NCBI GenBank assembly: GCA_022749995.1
Contig: JAKIWO010000001.1
Coordinates: 22,410 to 86,409, forward strand
Length of the DNA stretch: 64,000 nucleotides
DNA from: Thermoplasmata archaeon
GTDB taxonomy: Archaea > Thermoplasmatota > Thermoplasmata > Lutacidiplasmatales > UBA184
Reading direction: 5' to 3'
Under the pieces are notes generated by a model. It worked only from the letters and a program-made list of their open reading frames with translations. It made no database searches and was not told where the DNA came from. Shown here in pieces: positions 17,228 to 27,826 of the stretch (position 1 is the stretch's first letter; each line of letters starts with the position of its first letter). The translations under genes and the position numbers were made by a program.

Positions 17228-18337
17228 CTAGAGGAGTTTGCCCCGGTCGGCGAGCGGCAGACCGTCGACCGCGACCGTGGCCTCCCCCACGACGATCCAG
17301 GAGAGGAACGGACAGCGATTGCTCCCGCCGAAGGCGCGGTTGCCCCCGATGGCGAGCGTCACCGCTCCCTCCTCCTGGTCCTCCACCTGCGGCGTCGCGG
17401 GCGGGAGCGACGGGTTGATCCCGATGGAGAACAGCCCCGCGAGCTCCTTGCCCTTCGGCGCGGCCTGATAGGCCTCGTCGAACGCGGCCTGCCCCTCGGT
17501 GAACCAGGAGTTGACGAGCCGTCCCTGCCGGAACTCCCACTGGCCCCCCTCGCCCCGACCCGTCGGCAGGAAGCTGGGGCGGTTGGCGATGAGCAGCCCT
17601 TCGGCGCTCCGCTCGTCGATCGCCACCACCACCGAGCCCGGGGGAGAGACGGCCATGTTCTGGCCGGTGCGGAGGTCCTCGGGACCGACCACGCCGTCGT
17701 CGACGACCGGGGCACGGGCCTTGAGCTTCAACGTGCAATCGGTCCCGTTGGGCGCGGTGATCCGCAGCTGGTGGCCTTTGCCGAGCTTGCGGGCGGCGAG
17801 TTTTCCGAGCCGCACGACGTCCGCCGGGTCCGGGTCGAGCGCGCCGCGCAGGAGTTGGCCGCGCCAGGTCGAGGCGCTCACTCCCCAATGCTCGGCTTGC
17901 GCCTCGCTCGCGTAGCCGAGCGCAGAGCGCACCGCGCGAATGCGGGCCCGGCGCGCCCGTCGGTACCAGTCGTTCTGGAATCCGGTGAGCCCGACCCGGG
18001 TCCCCTCGGGCAGCGCCCGTAGTCGGGGGCGATCGGCCGGCCCGGGAAAGAACACGTAGGCGTGGGTGCGGTCGAGCGCGGCCCACTCGTGGGTGCCCGG
18101 CGTCGCCCAGCGGGAGACGCTCGGCGCCGAATCGATGCTGCGCCAGTACAGGCTCTCGTCCTCGAAACGCAGGATCGGGTGGGCGCCCCGGCGTCGGGCC
18201 TCGAGCACGCAGGCGAGCGCGTACGGCAGCGTGTGGTTCCACGTCTCCACCACGACGTTCTCCCCGGCGCGCACCCGGAGCGCGGTGCCGAGGAGACGTT
18301 GGGCGAGCGCCGTGGGGGCGCTCTCCTCCCCACCCAT
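17228..18337 (-). CDS. M29-family (AmpS/PepS-type) aminopeptidase; start refined to Met110 of the listed ORF
   Basis: ALAQRLLGTALRVRAGENVVVETWNHTLPYALACVLEARRRGAHPILRFEDESL is the typical M29 N-terminus; ~370 aa. The upstream 109 codons overlap the next gene region and are judged spurious. Confidence 0.75.
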   Translation of the reverse strand: MGGEESAPTALAQRLLGTALRVRAGENVVVETWNHTLPYALACVLEARRRGAHPILRFEDESLYWRSIDSAPSVSRWATPGTHEWAALDRTHAYVFFPGPADRPRLRALPEGTRVGLTGFQNDWYRRARRARIRAVRSALGYASEAQAEHWGVSASTWRGQLLRGALDPDPADVVRLGKLAARKLGKGHQLRITAPNGTDCTLKLKARAPVVDDGVVGPEDLRTGQNMAVSPPGSVVVAIDERSAEGLLIANRPSFLPTGRGEGGQWEFRQGRLVNSWFTEGQAAFDEAYQAAPKGKELAGLFSIGINPSLPPATPQVEDQEEGAVTLAIGGNRAFGGSNRCPFLSWIVVGEATVAVDGLPLADRGKLL

Positions 18338-18404
18338 CCCGCCGACGGGAGGCCTCCCTCGGTTAAACAGTTGAGCCGAGAGGGCGCCGTCGGGATGGTC
18401 GACG

Positions 18405-19658
18405 TTAGCGCTGCCGGATTCGCACGCGTTCGACGAGTTCGGAGGCGGATTCGCCGTGCGCGAGTCGGCCCGCGATCTGGCCCAGTAGGAGGCCGGCATC
18501 ATCGTACGGCCCCGGCAGCAGGGAGCCGGGAGGAGCGGCCGGGAACTGGGCGGACCATCCACGGTCTTCGCTGGCACGTTGCAGGATGCGCTCCACTCCC
18601 CGAGCTCGAGCGAAGTTACCCAGGTCGCGTCGAAGCGAAGCCGGCACGCGATGGCCCCAGGCACGTAGCAGCGCGTCGAGCTTCTCCGGCCGATGGCGCC
18701 GGCGTTGGGCGCCGCTGCCGAGCACGCCGTTGAAGTAGAGGAACGGCCCGCCGAGCTGCACCGCCTCGATGAGGGTGCGCGAGCCGGTGACCATTCGGAT
18801 TCCAGCGGCCGCGAAACGGGCCCGCCAGGACCGGCGATTCAGGTACGGCAACGTGCGGAGATGCAGCCGTCCCAGCGAGAGCTTCGCCCAGTCGATCGGA
18901 CCCCGGGCGAAAACCTCCAGCGGCTGGGACAGACTCCCGCCGAAGCGCGCCATCGGCCCGAGCAGCTCCCTCGAGGAGGATGGGCTGGCGTACCACAGCC
19001 ACTCTCGCTGCCGAATCGGGCCCCGGACGGCGAATGGTTCATCCCAGAGGGGGCCCGTCGGGACCGCCGCAGGGAACTCTGATCGAAACGCCCTCGGATC
19101 TCCGAACGTCGGGAACAGATGGAGCATCCGTGGGTGGTCGAACGCCCGGAATCGGGCGTACCACCGGTGGGTCTGGGCCTCCTCTAGGCGGCCCGCCCGG
19201 GTCCGGAGATGGGGTCGGATCCAACGCACGGGACGACCGCCTTCGCGGTACCGCTCGGTCACCTGCCTCGACGAGGTCAGCGTACGAGCGAATTCCCCCA
19301 AACTGACATGCACGACCCGGTCCGGGCCGTACGTCCTCTCGATCGCCGCCGCTTCGGCCGCCCACGGGCCGGCGCGGCCGAGCCGGCCCGGACGCTCGGG
19401 AGCGGCGCTCACGCCCAAGTCGGAGCCCACCGTTAGCGCTCGAGCCGCCTTGGGCCGAAGCTGAGCCACCCGCTGGAGCGGAAGCTCGGCCCGCTCCGGT
19501 CGGACCCCCGACGGAAGCGGCGCACCGCCGGCGCGGTAGAGCAGCAGCGGCCAACCCTCGCGCCCTAGGCGACGGGCCGCGGCGTAGACCTCCTCGAGGT
19601 CGCCCGAGCCGCCACCGAACACCGACGGTAGCAGGTACACTTCGAGTCCGCTCTTCAT
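18405..19658 (-). CDS. hypothetical 417-aa protein (conserved-looking, no confident family assignment)
   Basis: A long ORF with balanced composition and a G-rich loop near the N-terminus (LLPSVFGGGSGDLEEV) that could suggest a nucleotide-sugar-binding Rossmann-like fold. The family is unrecognised. Confidence 0.5.
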   Translation of the reverse strand: MKSGLEVYLLPSVFGGGSGDLEEVYAAARRLGREGWPLLLYRAGGAPLPSGVRPERAELPLQRVAQLRPKAARALTVGSDLGVSAAPERPGRLGRAGPWAAEAAAIERTYGPDRVVHVSLGEFARTLTSSRQVTERYREGGRPVRWIRPHLRTRAGRLEEAQTHRWYARFRAFDHPRMLHLFPTFGDPRAFRSEFPAAVPTGPLWDEPFAVRGPIRQREWLWYASPSSSRELLGPMARFGGSLSQPLEVFARGPIDWAKLSLGRLHLRTLPYLNRRSWRARFAAAGIRMVTGSRTLIEAVQLGGPFLYFNGVLGSGAQRRRHRPEKLDALLRAWGHRVPASLRRDLGNFARARGVERILQRASEDRGWSAQFPAAPPGSLLPGPYDDAGLLLGQIAGRLAHGESASELVERVRIRQR

Positions 19659-19686
19659 CGCCGCGGGGCCCGGCCCTCAGCGACGC

Positions 19687-21162
19687 CTAGCCGTCGGTCT
19701 CCTCGGCGGAGAGGGGCAGTGCGGTCTCGAAGAGCTCGCGCAGTGTGGGGGAGGCTCCGCCGGCCTCGGACTCCGGAGCGGGCAGCCGGGCCGGCCGCTC
19801 CCACTCGTTCTCGCCGACGCGGGCGCGCGCTTCGAGGATCGTGTGCGCCGTGAACGGGTCGGGATCGCCCGGGCGCAGGCGACCGAGCGCTTGGATGATC
19901 GTATCGAAGAGGCGGGAATTCGCATCCGAGAGCAGCTTGACGGCGCCGTCGCCCTCGGCGACGGTACTCGCCTCGCCCCGCGCCGGAGTGGACTGACCGA
20001 GCAGCGTCGCCAGCTGCTCGCGAGCGCCGTCGTCGCCGAGGCGCCCCAAGGTCCAGACGGCCGCGAGACGAACCTCGCTCGAGCCGTTGTAAAGCTCCTC
20101 CCGCACTCGAGGCGCCGACTCGACCAATCGCAGCCGTCCCAACGCATAGAGCGCACCCCGGCGCGGCCACGGGTGCGGATCCTCGAGCAGTTCCAGGAGT
20201 CGGGTAAGATCGGTCGGGGCGCCGACGCGTCCGAGGGACTCGGCGGCAGCCCCTCGGACCGCCCAGCTCGGGTCGGCGAGCGATGCGCGCAAGGCTTCCG
20301 GGGCTCCCTCCCACCCGAGTTGCGCGAGCGATCGTGCCGCGCAGACCCGGGTCCAGCTGGCGCGGTCGGCGAGCGCCGCCCGGATCGCGGGACCCGCCCG
20401 GGGGTCGCCGATCTTGCCCAGGGCGACGAGCAGCGCGGGTTTGCCCCACGTGCCCGCGCGGGCGAGCTCCTCGAGGAGTTGCGGCAGCGCTGTGCGGTCG
20501 CTGCAACTTCCGAGGACGACCGCCGCCGCGATCCGCACCTTTTCGGATGGGTCGGCAAGGAGCGGCCGTATCCACTCGACCGTCTCGGGCGATCCTTGCC
20601 GGGCGAGCGCGTGAATGCTCTCGCGCCGGACCCGGTCGGACGGGTCCCGCAGCATGGCTCGGACCGGACCCGAAGTCGAAGCCCCCGGCATGCGCCCCAG
20701 CGCGACCACCGCGGACCACCGCACTTCGTCGTCCTCGTCGGTCAGTCGTGCGAGAAGTGCGGGTGCCGAGAGCGGAGAGGCAATGCTCCAGAGCGCCCAA
20801 GCGGCCTGGGTTCGTACCCGGGCGACGGGATCCGCCAGCGCATGCTCTAGCGGTGTTCGGCTCTCCAGGCTGGAGAGTACACCGAGCGCCTCCGCCGAGC
20901 TCGACCTCACCGCGGGTTCGGGATCTTCGAGCGCGGCCTCGAGGCCGATGCGACCGCGTGCCTCGTGCAACTTTCCAATCGCCCACGCACTCGCTTGGCG
21001 CATCGAGGGCGCCGGGTCGGAAAGCCCGGCCAGGAGAAGTTCCGGAGGTACTGGGCCGCCCGAGTCGGTCAGCTGACGTAGCGACGAGAGACGTTCGGCC
21101 AGCGGACGAGGCTCCGAGCCGGCCGCGGGGCGTGCCGGGGGCGTGCTCGTCGAGCCGGACAT
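19687..21162 (-). CDS. HEAT-repeat (PBS-lyase-type) protein
   Basis: More than 10 tandem ~31-aa units of the pattern DP.. VR..A. ALG.LG (e.g. LADPSEKVRIAAAVVLGSCSD, LADRASWTRVCAARSLAQLG). Confidence 0.7.
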   Translation of the reverse strand: MSGSTSTPPARPAAGSEPRPLAERLSSLRQLTDSGGPVPPELLLAGLSDPAPSMRQASAWAIGKLHEARGRIGLEAALEDPEPAVRSSSAEALGVLSSLESRTPLEHALADPVARVRTQAAWALWSIASPLSAPALLARLTDEDDEVRWSAVVALGRMPGASTSGPVRAMLRDPSDRVRRESIHALARQGSPETVEWIRPLLADPSEKVRIAAAVVLGSCSDRTALPQLLEELARAGTWGKPALLVALGKIGDPRAGPAIRAALADRASWTRVCAARSLAQLGWEGAPEALRASLADPSWAVRGAAAESLGRVGAPTDLTRLLELLEDPHPWPRRGALYALGRLRLVESAPRVREELYNGSSEVRLAAVWTLGRLGDDGAREQLATLLGQSTPARGEASTVAEGDGAVKLLSDANSRLFDTIIQALGRLRPGDPDPFTAHTILEARARVGENEWERPARLPAPESEAGGASPTLRELFETALPLSAEETDG

Positions 21163-21185
21163 GCGATGGATAGGAGGGGACTCGC

Positions 21186-21851
21186 TTAATGGGATAGCGC
21201 GACCGGGGCGGCTTCGACCACGACCTCCTCGGCCGGAAGCGCTAGCGGGAGCACTTCCGCACCTCCCGGAGCGGTCAATTCGCGTGCTGGGGTGGAGGCT
21301 CGGGTCCCGTGTCCACGATGGGCGGAGGCGCCGGTCGTCCGGCCCCGCCGCGGCAGCGCGGCGGGCGGAAGTCGGCGCGAGAGGTCGAGGAGCACGGAGA
21401 GCAGGATGGATTCGAGCAGGTCGGGGCTCCCGACGTACGCGGCCTCGTTGACATGCCGGCGGGCTCCCCGGGTGAGCTCGGCGAAGGCCCGGCGTTCCTC
21501 GGGACGCTGGAGCAGCCGACCGAATTCGTCCCAGCGGGCGAGGCGCTCCTCGAGGGCGCGGCGATAGGTCGGGCCGACCCGCCGCAGCCGTTCGCTGCGG
21601 GCAAGGGAGTCGGGGCGAAGGGGGGCATCGTGCAGCACGAGATTCACCCCCGTCGGATCTCGGCGCGTCGGCCCGTGGCGGGAAGGGGTGGGAGTCGGGG
21701 CAGCTCGTTGAACGCGGTCATCGATTACCGGAGCGCTAGCTCCCGCGCCAGCGCATAAGGGAGGGAGCCGAGGGTCTGAAACGGCCGGCGGTTGGCGGCC
21801 GTTTCCGTGTCGAGGGGCCTCTAGACCGGGAGGCGACCGCGTACCATCCAC
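21186..21851 (-). CDS. hypothetical protein downstream of DUF72 (start uncertain; possibly an internal GTG, about 150 aa)
   Basis: An ORF with a plausibly helical central region (YRRALEERLARWDEFGRLLQRPEERRAFAELTRGARRHVNEAAYVGSPDLLESILLSVLL). It overlaps the DUF72 stop. Confidence 0.35.
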   Translation of the reverse strand: MDGTRSPPGLEAPRHGNGRQPPAVSDPRLPPLCAGAGASAPVIDDRVQRAAPTPTPSRHGPTRRDPTGVNLVLHDAPLRPDSLARSERLRRVGPTYRRALEERLARWDEFGRLLQRPEERRAFAELTRGARRHVNEAAYVGSPDLLESILLSVLLDLSRRLPPAALPRRGRTTGASAHRGHGTRASTPARELTAPGGAEVLPLALPAEEVVVEAAPVALSH

Positions 21852-22594
21852 GCCTCGGAGGGCAGCTCGAGGAGCTCCGTGAGCCTGTGCGCGTTGGCGG
21901 CCGCGTCCCCGCGGAAGTGGTTGTTGAAGAAGACGAGCAGCTCGGTGTCGCTCTCGGCGAGCTCTCGGATCTTCGGTACCCAGCCCTCGAGTTCCGCGTC
22001 GGAGTACCGGTAGTCGTACCAGACCGGTTGGCCGTGACCGTGGAACCGCAGGTAGGAGAACGACGCGGTGCGCTCCAGGCGGACCGGCAGATGCGGTTCG
22101 TCCACTACGACGTGCGCCAGGTGGAACTCGCGCAAGAGGGCGAACGACTCGGGGGAGAGCCAGCTCGGCTCGCGGAACTCGACGGCGACCGGGATCTCGG
22201 GCGGCAGCTGTTCGTAGAAGCCGCGTACCGTGGCCGGCTCGAACGGCAGCGAGGGAGGGAGCTGGAGCAGCGCGGCGGCGAGCCGGTGGCTCTCTTGGAG
22301 CGGCCGGAGGAACTCGAGGAACTGGCGCAGCTCGGTGTCGGCCCCGACGAGCCGCCGTTCGTGGGTGATCGCCTGCGGGAACTTGAGGGCAAACCGGAAG
22401 CCGCTCGGCGTCCGACGGACCCAGCTCGCCGCGTAGCTGGTCGGCGGGAGTCGGTAGAAGGTCGAATTGACTTCAACGATGGGAAACAGCCCCGTGTAGA
22501 ATCGGAGCTTGTCCAGCTTGCCGCGCGGGGGATAGACGGGACCGACCCACTCCGGATAGTCCCATCCGCTGGTGCCGATCCGGATCGTTCCCAC
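21821..22594 (-). CDS. DUF72 (UPF0759) family protein
   Basis: The N-terminal IRIGTSGWDYPEWVGPVYPP... is the DUF72 GTSGW signature; the length of 257 aa is typical. Confidence 0.8.
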   Translation of the reverse strand: MGTIRIGTSGWDYPEWVGPVYPPRGKLDKLRFYTGLFPIVEVNSTFYRLPPTSYAASWVRRTPSGFRFALKFPQAITHERRLVGADTELRQFLEFLRPLQESHRLAAALLQLPPSLPFEPATVRGFYEQLPPEIPVAVEFREPSWLSPESFALLREFHLAHVVVDEPHLPVRLERTASFSYLRFHGHGQPVWYDYRYSDAELEGWVPKIRELAESDTELLVFFNNHFRGDAAANAHRLTELLELPSEAWMVRGRLPV

Positions 22595-22754
22595 GGGTTG
22601 CCGATCGAGGGCATTCCGACGCGGCGGATGAGGTTCCGGAGTTCCGTTTCCGTCGAGCGGGAAGCTCCGGCGGGGACCCGGGAGCCCGGCACTCTCGGCG
22701 CCGGGCCAAACCCTAAATAGACAGGGCCCGTGGAAAATCCTCGAGGAATCCCCG

Positions 22755-23033
22755 ATGGTTCAGGTGGACATCGAGCTCGCCAAGTGCACGGGCTGCGCGC
22801 ACTGCCGGGATGTCTGCCCCGTCAACGTCTTCGAGCTCAAACCACGGGACCAGTTCCCCGAAGTAACCGACGACCCCGGGGTCGCGGCGAAGTTCCAGTT
22901 CCGCACGGAGCGCTCGGTGGCGATCAACGGCCCGGAGTGCATCGTCTGCGAGGCGTGCCTGTTCGAGTGCGAAGGGGAGTGCATCCTCATCACCGACGAC
23001 GAAGGGCACGTCCACCACTCGACGTACAAGTAG
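22755..23033 (+). CDS. 4Fe-4S ferredoxin
   Basis: Two CxxCxxC...CP / C..C..C...C clusters (CTGCAHCRDVCP; CIVCEACLFEC). A TATA-like CTAAATAGA lies about 38 nt upstream. Confidence 0.8.
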   Translation: MVQVDIELAKCTGCAHCRDVCPVNVFELKPRDQFPEVTDDPGVAAKFQFRTERSVAINGPECIVCEACLFECEGECILITDDEGHVHHSTYK

Positions 23034-23081
23034 CGCCGGGCGCACTTCGCGCGCCCCGTCGACGTTCCGCCGAGGCAGCCG

Positions 23082-23088
23082 TTAAATA
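23082..23088 (+). promoter_or_regulatory. TATA box (TTAAATA) about 28 nt upstream of the atpF ATG
   Basis: Sequence context gccgTTAAATAcgctcgg, with its distance to the ATG at 23116. Confidence 0.4.
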
Positions 23089-23115
23089 CGCTCGGCCCCC
23101 GCCGAACGCGCGACT

Positions 23116-23451
23116 ATGCCCTCGGCGTCCGAGAGCGATACAACGGTAGTACTCGGCGAACGGGAGCTCGCCATCGGCTTTCGGTTGGTGGGTCTTTCCC
23201 ACGTGATCGAGGTCGCTCCGGAGAGCGCCGCGAAGGAGTTCCAGAAAGTAATGGCCGACCCGAACGTCTCGCTGATCATCGCGAGCGAATCGATCCGGCC
23301 ACAGCTTTCGGAGAACCAGCGGACGCAGGCCGAAGGTTCGCTCCGCCCGCTCGTGGTGTTCGTCCCGTCGCCCACCGGTGAGTACGAGGTGGAGAGCCTC
23401 TCCGCGCTCGCCAAGCGCGTGCTCGGCGTTTCCCTCGCGGTGCCGCACTAG
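23116..23451 (+). CDS. atpF: A-type ATP synthase subunit F
   Basis: About 110 aa with the pattern VVLGERELAIGFRLVGL...LIIASESI typical of the archaeal/V-type F subunit. It lies directly upstream of atpA. Confidence 0.8.
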   Translation: MPSASESDTTVVLGERELAIGFRLVGLSHVIEVAPESAAKEFQKVMADPNVSLIIASESIRPQLSENQRTQAEGSLRPLVVFVPSPTGEYEVESLSALAKRVLGVSLAVPH

Positions 23452-23459
23452 GGGGCTCG

Positions 23460-25217
23460 ATGGCAGGAGCGGTCGCGAGGGTCTCCGGGCCGGTCGTCAT
23501 CGCCGAGGGGCTGACGAACGCCAAGATGTTCGACGTCGTGCGCGTCGGCGAGCTCGGGCTCGTCGGCGAGATCATCAAGTTGGTCGGAGAGACCGCCACG
23601 GTCCAGGTGTACGAGGACACCACGGGGATCCGTCCGGGGGACAAGATCGAGACCACCGGCCAGGCGCTCTCCGTCGAATTGGGTCCGGGGCTACTCAAGT
23701 CCATCTACGACGGGGTCCAGCGTCCGCTCGATGTCCTGCAGAAGAATCTGGGGGACTTCATCACCCGCGGCTTCGTCGCCGCGCCGCTCGACGAGACCAA
23801 GAAGTGGGAGTTCACTGCCACCGCCCGCGTCGGTAGCGAGCTCACCCCCGGCACCATCCTGGGCACTGTCCAGGAGACGCCGCTCATCCTCCACAAGATC
23901 ATGGTCCCACCCGAGGTCCGTGGCACGCTGACCGCGCTCTCGAGCGGCACCTACACGATCCGCGAGAAGATTGGCACGATGAAGGGCCCCGCGGGCGAGA
24001 TTCCGCTCACGCTCACGCAGCGCTGGGTGGTCCGGTTGCCCCGGCCGGTGCAGCAGAAGCTCGCTCCCACCATCCCGCTCCTCACCGGCCAGCGCGTCAT
24101 CGACACCTTCTTCCCGGTCGCCAAAGGGGGGACCGCCGCCATCCCTGGGCCGTTCGGCTCGGGCAAGACGGTCACGCAGCAGCAGCTCGCGAAGTGGGCC
24201 GATTCCGACGTGGTCGTCTACGTCGGTTGCGGCGAGCGCGGCAACGAGATGACCGAGGTGCTCGCCACCTTCCCGAACCTCGTGGACCCCAAGTCCAAGC
24301 GGCCGCTCATGGAGCGGACGATCCTCATCGCCAACACCTCCAACATGCCGGTCGCCGCCCGGGAGGCGAGTGTCTACACCGGCATCACGATCGCCGAGTA
24401 CTACCGGGACATGGGCTACGACGTCGCCCTGATGGCCGACTCCACGAGCCGGTGGGCCGAGGCGATGCGGGAGATCTCCGGCCGTCTCGAGGAGATGCCG
24501 GGCGAGGAAGGCTACCCGGCGTACTTGGGCCGCCGCGTCGCGGAGTTCTACGAGCGGGCCGGACGGGTCGTCACGCTCTCGCCGGACCAGCGGACCGGCT
24601 CGGTCACGGTGGTCGGCGCGGTCTCCCCTCCCGGCGGGGACTTCGCCGAGCCGGTGAGCCAGAACACCCTGCGCGTCACCCGGGTCTTCTGGGCGCTCGA
24701 TGCGTCGCTGGCCTCCCGGCGCCACTTCCCCTCGATCAACTGGCTGCAGAGCTACTCCCTCTACACCGGAGACCTCGAGGAGTGGTACCGCACGGGAATC
24801 GCGCGGGACTGGGCCAGCCTGCGACAGCGGGCGATCCAGACGCTGCAGCAGGAGTCGGAGCTGCAGGAGATCGTCCAGCTCGTCGGGGTCGACGCGCTGC
24901 CGGAGCGGGAGAAAGGGATTCTCGACGTCTCGCGGATGCTCCGGGAGGATTACCTCCAACAGAGCGCCTACGACGAGGTGGACACGTACACGTCGATCCA
25001 GAAGCAGTACCGGATGCTGCGTGCCATCCTCTCCTTCGGCGAGCGGGAGCAGGAGGCGATCGGCAAGGGCGCGACGGTCGGGCAACTCCAGCAACTGCCG
25101 GTGCGCCAGAAGCTCTCGCGCATGAAGTGGATCCCCGAGGCCGACCTCACGAACTCCTTCGACCAGCTCGAGGCGGAGATGACCCAGTCGGTCGCGCAGC
25201 TCGCCACGGAGAGCTAG
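23460..25217 (+). CDS. atpA: A-type ATP synthase catalytic subunit A
   Basis: A Walker A motif ([39 protein letters not shown]) and overall A/V-type catalytic subunit architecture. No intein. Confidence 0.95.
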   Translation: MAGAVARVSGPVVIAEGLTNAKMFDVVRVGELGLVGEIIKLVGETATVQVYEDTTGIRPGDKIETTGQALSVELGPGLLKSIYDGVQRPLDVLQKNLGDFITRGFVAAPLDETKKWEFTATARVGSELTPGTILGTVQETPLILHKIMVPPEVRGTLTALSSGTYTIREKIGTMKGPAGEIPLTLTQRWVVRLPRPVQQKLAPTIPLLTGQRVIDTFFPVAKGGTAAIPGPFGSGKTVTQQQLAKWADSDVVVYVGCGERGNEMTEVLATFPNLVDPKSKRPLMERTILIANTSNMPVAAREASVYTGITIAEYYRDMGYDVALMADSTSRWAEAMREISGRLEEMPGEEGYPAYLGRRVAEFYERAGRVVTLSPDQRTGSVTVVGAVSPPGGDFAEPVSQNTLRVTRVFWALDASLASRRHFPSINWLQSYSLYTGDLEEWYRTGIARDWASLRQRAIQTLQQESELQEIVQLVGVDALPEREKGILDVSRMLREDYLQQSAYDEVDTYTSIQKQYRMLRAILSFGEREQEAIGKGATVGQLQQLPVRQKLSRMKWIPEADLTNSFDQLEAEMTQSVAQLATES

Positions 25218-26644
25218 TGGCGAGCACGAAGGCCCCGAAGACCGCCCCCGTCGACGCGGACGTGCCCATCGACTACCGGACGATCGAGCGAGTCTCGGGA
25301 CCGCTCCTGTTCGTGCGCGATGTCGAACGGGCCGCCTACGGCGAGATCGTCAGCATCGAGCTGCCGAACGGCGACCGCCGCCAGGGCCAGGTGCTGGATT
25401 CTCGCCGGGGGCTCGCCATCGTGCAGGTGTTCGGCCCGACGATGGGCATGAACGTCCATCAGACGAGCGTGAAGTTCATGGGCGAGGTCGCCCGCCTGCC
25501 CGTATCCGACGAGATGCTGGGCCGCGTGTTCAACGGCCTCGGCGAGCCGCGCGACGGCGGACCGCGCATCGTCTCCGAGCAGCGGCTAGAGATCGTCGGG
25601 AACGCGATGAATCCGTACTCGCGCGAGGAGCCGAGCGAGTTCATCCAGACCGGTCTCACCAACATCGACGTGATGAACACCCTCGTGCGCGGTCAGAAGC
25701 TGCCGATCTTCTCCGGCGCGGGGCTACCGCACAACCAGATCGCTGCCCAGATCGTACGCCAGGCCAAGCTGAGGGACTCCACCGAGAACTTCGCCGTGAT
25801 CTTCGCGGCGATGGGGATCACGAGCGAGGAGGCGAACTTCTTCCTGAAGGAGTTCGAGAGCACCGGCGCCCTGGAGCGGACCGTCGTCTTCCTCAACCTC
25901 TCGAGCGACCCGTCGATGGAGCGGATCATCACCCCGCGGATGGCGCTCACCACCGCCGAGTTCCTCGCCTACGAGCGGGACATGCACATCCTGGTCGTAC
26001 TCACCGACATGACGAACTACTGCGAAGCGCTCCGGGAGGTCGCCGCCGCGCGGGAGGAGGTGCCCGGCCGACGCGGATACCCCGGCTACATGTACACCGA
26101 CCTCGCGACGCTCTACGAGCGCGCGGGCAAGATCCACGGCCGCAAGGGCTCGATCACGCAACTGCCCATCCTCACGATGCCGGCCGACGACATCACCCAC
26201 CCGATCCCGGACCTGACCGGCTACATCACCGAGGGGCAGATCGTGGCGAGCCGTGAGTTGCAGCGGCGCGGCGTCTACCCGCCGATCGACGTGCTCACCT
26301 CGCTCTCGCGCCTCATGAACCAAGGGATCGGCAAGGGCCGGACCCGGGACGACCACCGCGGGGTGGCCGACCAGCTCTACGCTTCCTACGCTACCGGCAA
26401 GGACCAGCGGGCGCTCTCGGCCATCGTCGGGGAGGAGGCGCTCTCCAGCGTCGACCGGATCTACCTCAAGATCGCCGAGCGGTTCGAGACCGAGTTCGTG
26501 GGCCAGCGGCCGGACGAGGACCGCACGATCGACGAGAGCCTGGCGATCGGCTGGGACCTGCTCTCGGCGCTGCCCGAGGCCGAGCTCAAGCGGGTCAAGC
26601 CCGAGTTCATCCAGAAGTACTACAAGTCCCGACCGGCGGCGTAG
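25217..26644 (+). CDS. atpB: A-type ATP synthase subunit B; GTG start overlapping the atpA stop by 1 nt
   Basis: [29 protein letters not shown] ... [17 protein letters not shown] matches the regulatory B subunit. The listed long ORF 24194..26644 is in frame but overlaps atpA, so the start was refined to GTG 25217. Confidence 0.95.
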   Translation: MASTKAPKTAPVDADVPIDYRTIERVSGPLLFVRDVERAAYGEIVSIELPNGDRRQGQVLDSRRGLAIVQVFGPTMGMNVHQTSVKFMGEVARLPVSDEMLGRVFNGLGEPRDGGPRIVSEQRLEIVGNAMNPYSREEPSEFIQTGLTNIDVMNTLVRGQKLPIFSGAGLPHNQIAAQIVRQAKLRDSTENFAVIFAAMGITSEEANFFLKEFESTGALERTVVFLNLSSDPSMERIITPRMALTTAEFLAYERDMHILVVLTDMTNYCEALREVAAAREEVPGRRGYPGYMYTDLATLYERAGKIHGRKGSITQLPILTMPADDITHPIPDLTGYITEGQIVASRELQRRGVYPPIDVLTSLSRLMNQGIGKGRTRDDHRGVADQLYASYATGKDQRALSAIVGEEALSSVDRIYLKIAERFETEFVGQRPDEDRTIDESLAIGWDLLSALPEAELKRVKPEFIQKYYKSRPAA

Positions 26645-26659
26645 GGACCGGGGGCTCGC

Positions 26660-27301
26660 ATGGCGCTCGAGAACGTCCGCCCGACCCGGCTCGAACTGCT
26701 GCGCACGCGCCGGCGCATCGTCCTCGCCAAGAAGGGGCTCAATCTCCTCAAGCTCAAGCGATCGGCCCTGATCGCCGAATTCTTCTCGCTCTCCAAGCAG
26801 GCGCTCGAACTGCGGGGCAACCTGCGCGAACGGATCGCCCGTGGCTACGCCTCCATCCGGGTCGCGGAGATGCGCGAGGGCCCGACCAAGCTCGAGAGCG
26901 TCTCGCTGCTGCTCCCGGAGCTCGCCAGCGTGCGGGTGGCGACGAAGAACGTAATGGGCGTCAAGACTCCCCGCGTCGATGCGGGCAGCTTCTCCCCGAT
27001 CCCCGCCACGGCGCTGCTCGACCTGCCCACCTCGATCGACGAGTCGGTGCAGCACTTCCAGGGAATCTATCGGGTCGTCCTCGAGATCGCCGAGAAGGAG
27101 AACGCGCTGCGGCGGCTCCTACGGGAGATCGAGAAGACCAAGCGCCGCGCGAGCGCCATCGAAAACGTCCTGATCCCGCGGCTGGTCGCCACGGTCCGGT
27201 ACATCAAGTTCCGTTTCGACGAGCTCGAGCGGGACGCCTTCAGCATGCTGAAGACGGTCAAGCGCAAGATGGAGCAGGCGGAGGCCGCCGGTGTCGCGTA
27301 A
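26660..27301 (+). CDS. atpD: A-type ATP synthase subunit D (central stalk)
   Basis: MALENVRPTRLELLRTRRRIVLAKKGLNLLKLKRSALIAEF is the canonical D-subunit N-terminus. Confidence 0.9.
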   Translation: MALENVRPTRLELLRTRRRIVLAKKGLNLLKLKRSALIAEFFSLSKQALELRGNLRERIARGYASIRVAEMREGPTKLESVSLLLPELASVRVATKNVMGVKTPRVDAGSFSPIPATALLDLPTSIDESVQHFQGIYRVVLEIAEKENALRRLLREIEKTKRRASAIENVLIPRLVATVRYIKFRFDELERDAFSMLKTVKRKMEQAEAAGVA

Positions 27302-27446
27302 CCCACCGCCGCTGTTCGCGCCTCCGCGGCTGCCGCGCACGCCGGCCGAGTTCCGGTTCGTCCGGTACCTCTCGCTCACCTGGGGACTGCGGGTCGCCGT
27401 CGTGGTCATTCTGCTCGTGCTGCTCCACGAAGCGGGGTTGTTCTAG
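27291..27446 (+). CDS. putative 51-aa membrane peptide (GTG start) wedged between atpD and atpH
   Basis: I translated it by hand: VSRNPPPLFAPPRLPRTPAEFRFVRYLSLTWGLRVAVVVILLVLLHEAGLF, which carries one predicted TM helix. It overlaps the atpD stop and ends 2 nt before the atpH GTG. It is below the ORF-track cutoff. Confidence 0.25.
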   Translation: MSRNPPPLFAPPRLPRTPAEFRFVRYLSLTWGLRVAVVVILLVLLHEAGLF

Positions 27447-27448
27447 CC

Positions 27449-27811
27449 GTGAGCGAGGAAGCGGTCACCGGGTCCGACGCGGCGCTCGCCCCGATCCAGC
27501 ACGTCCGCGCGGCCGAACGGCAGTGGGAAGCACGGCTCACGCAATTCTCGGCGCAGGCCAAGGCGGAGCTCGACCGGCTCGGTGCCGAAGCCGACGCGGC
27601 GATCGCGAGCGCCCGCGTCGAAGCCGAGCGGGCTCGGACCGAGCTCCTCGAGCGGACCCGCGCCGACACCGAAGCGCTGACCCAGCGACTGCTCGCCGAG
27701 GGGAAAGCCACGGCCGACGCGATCCACGGCAAGACGGCGGCGGAGCTCGCGGCGCTGCGCGCCAAACTGATCTCCGCGGTCGTCGGGCCGTTCGGTCCTT
27801 CCTCCTCCTAA
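27449..27811 (+). CDS. atpH: A-type ATP synthase subunit H (peripheral stalk, coiled coil)
   Basis: About 120 aa, Ala/Glu/Arg-rich with a heptad pattern (AELDRLGAEADAAIASARVEAERARTELLERTRADTEALTQRLLAEG). It sits immediately upstream of atpI. Confidence 0.7.
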   Translation: MSEEAVTGSDAALAPIQHVRAAERQWEARLTQFSAQAKAELDRLGAEADAAIASARVEAERARTELLERTRADTEALTQRLLAEGKATADAIHGKTAAELAALRAKLISAVVGPFGPSSS

Positions 27812-27826
27812 CGGAAGCCAAGTCCC

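Noticed and set aside
24194-25216. Upstream extension of the atpB ORF (listed as 24194-26644, 816 aa), which would imply a fused A-B protein.
   Set aside because: The extension lies inside atpA in another frame with biased composition. The B-subunit homology begins exactly at the GTG overlapping the atpA stop.
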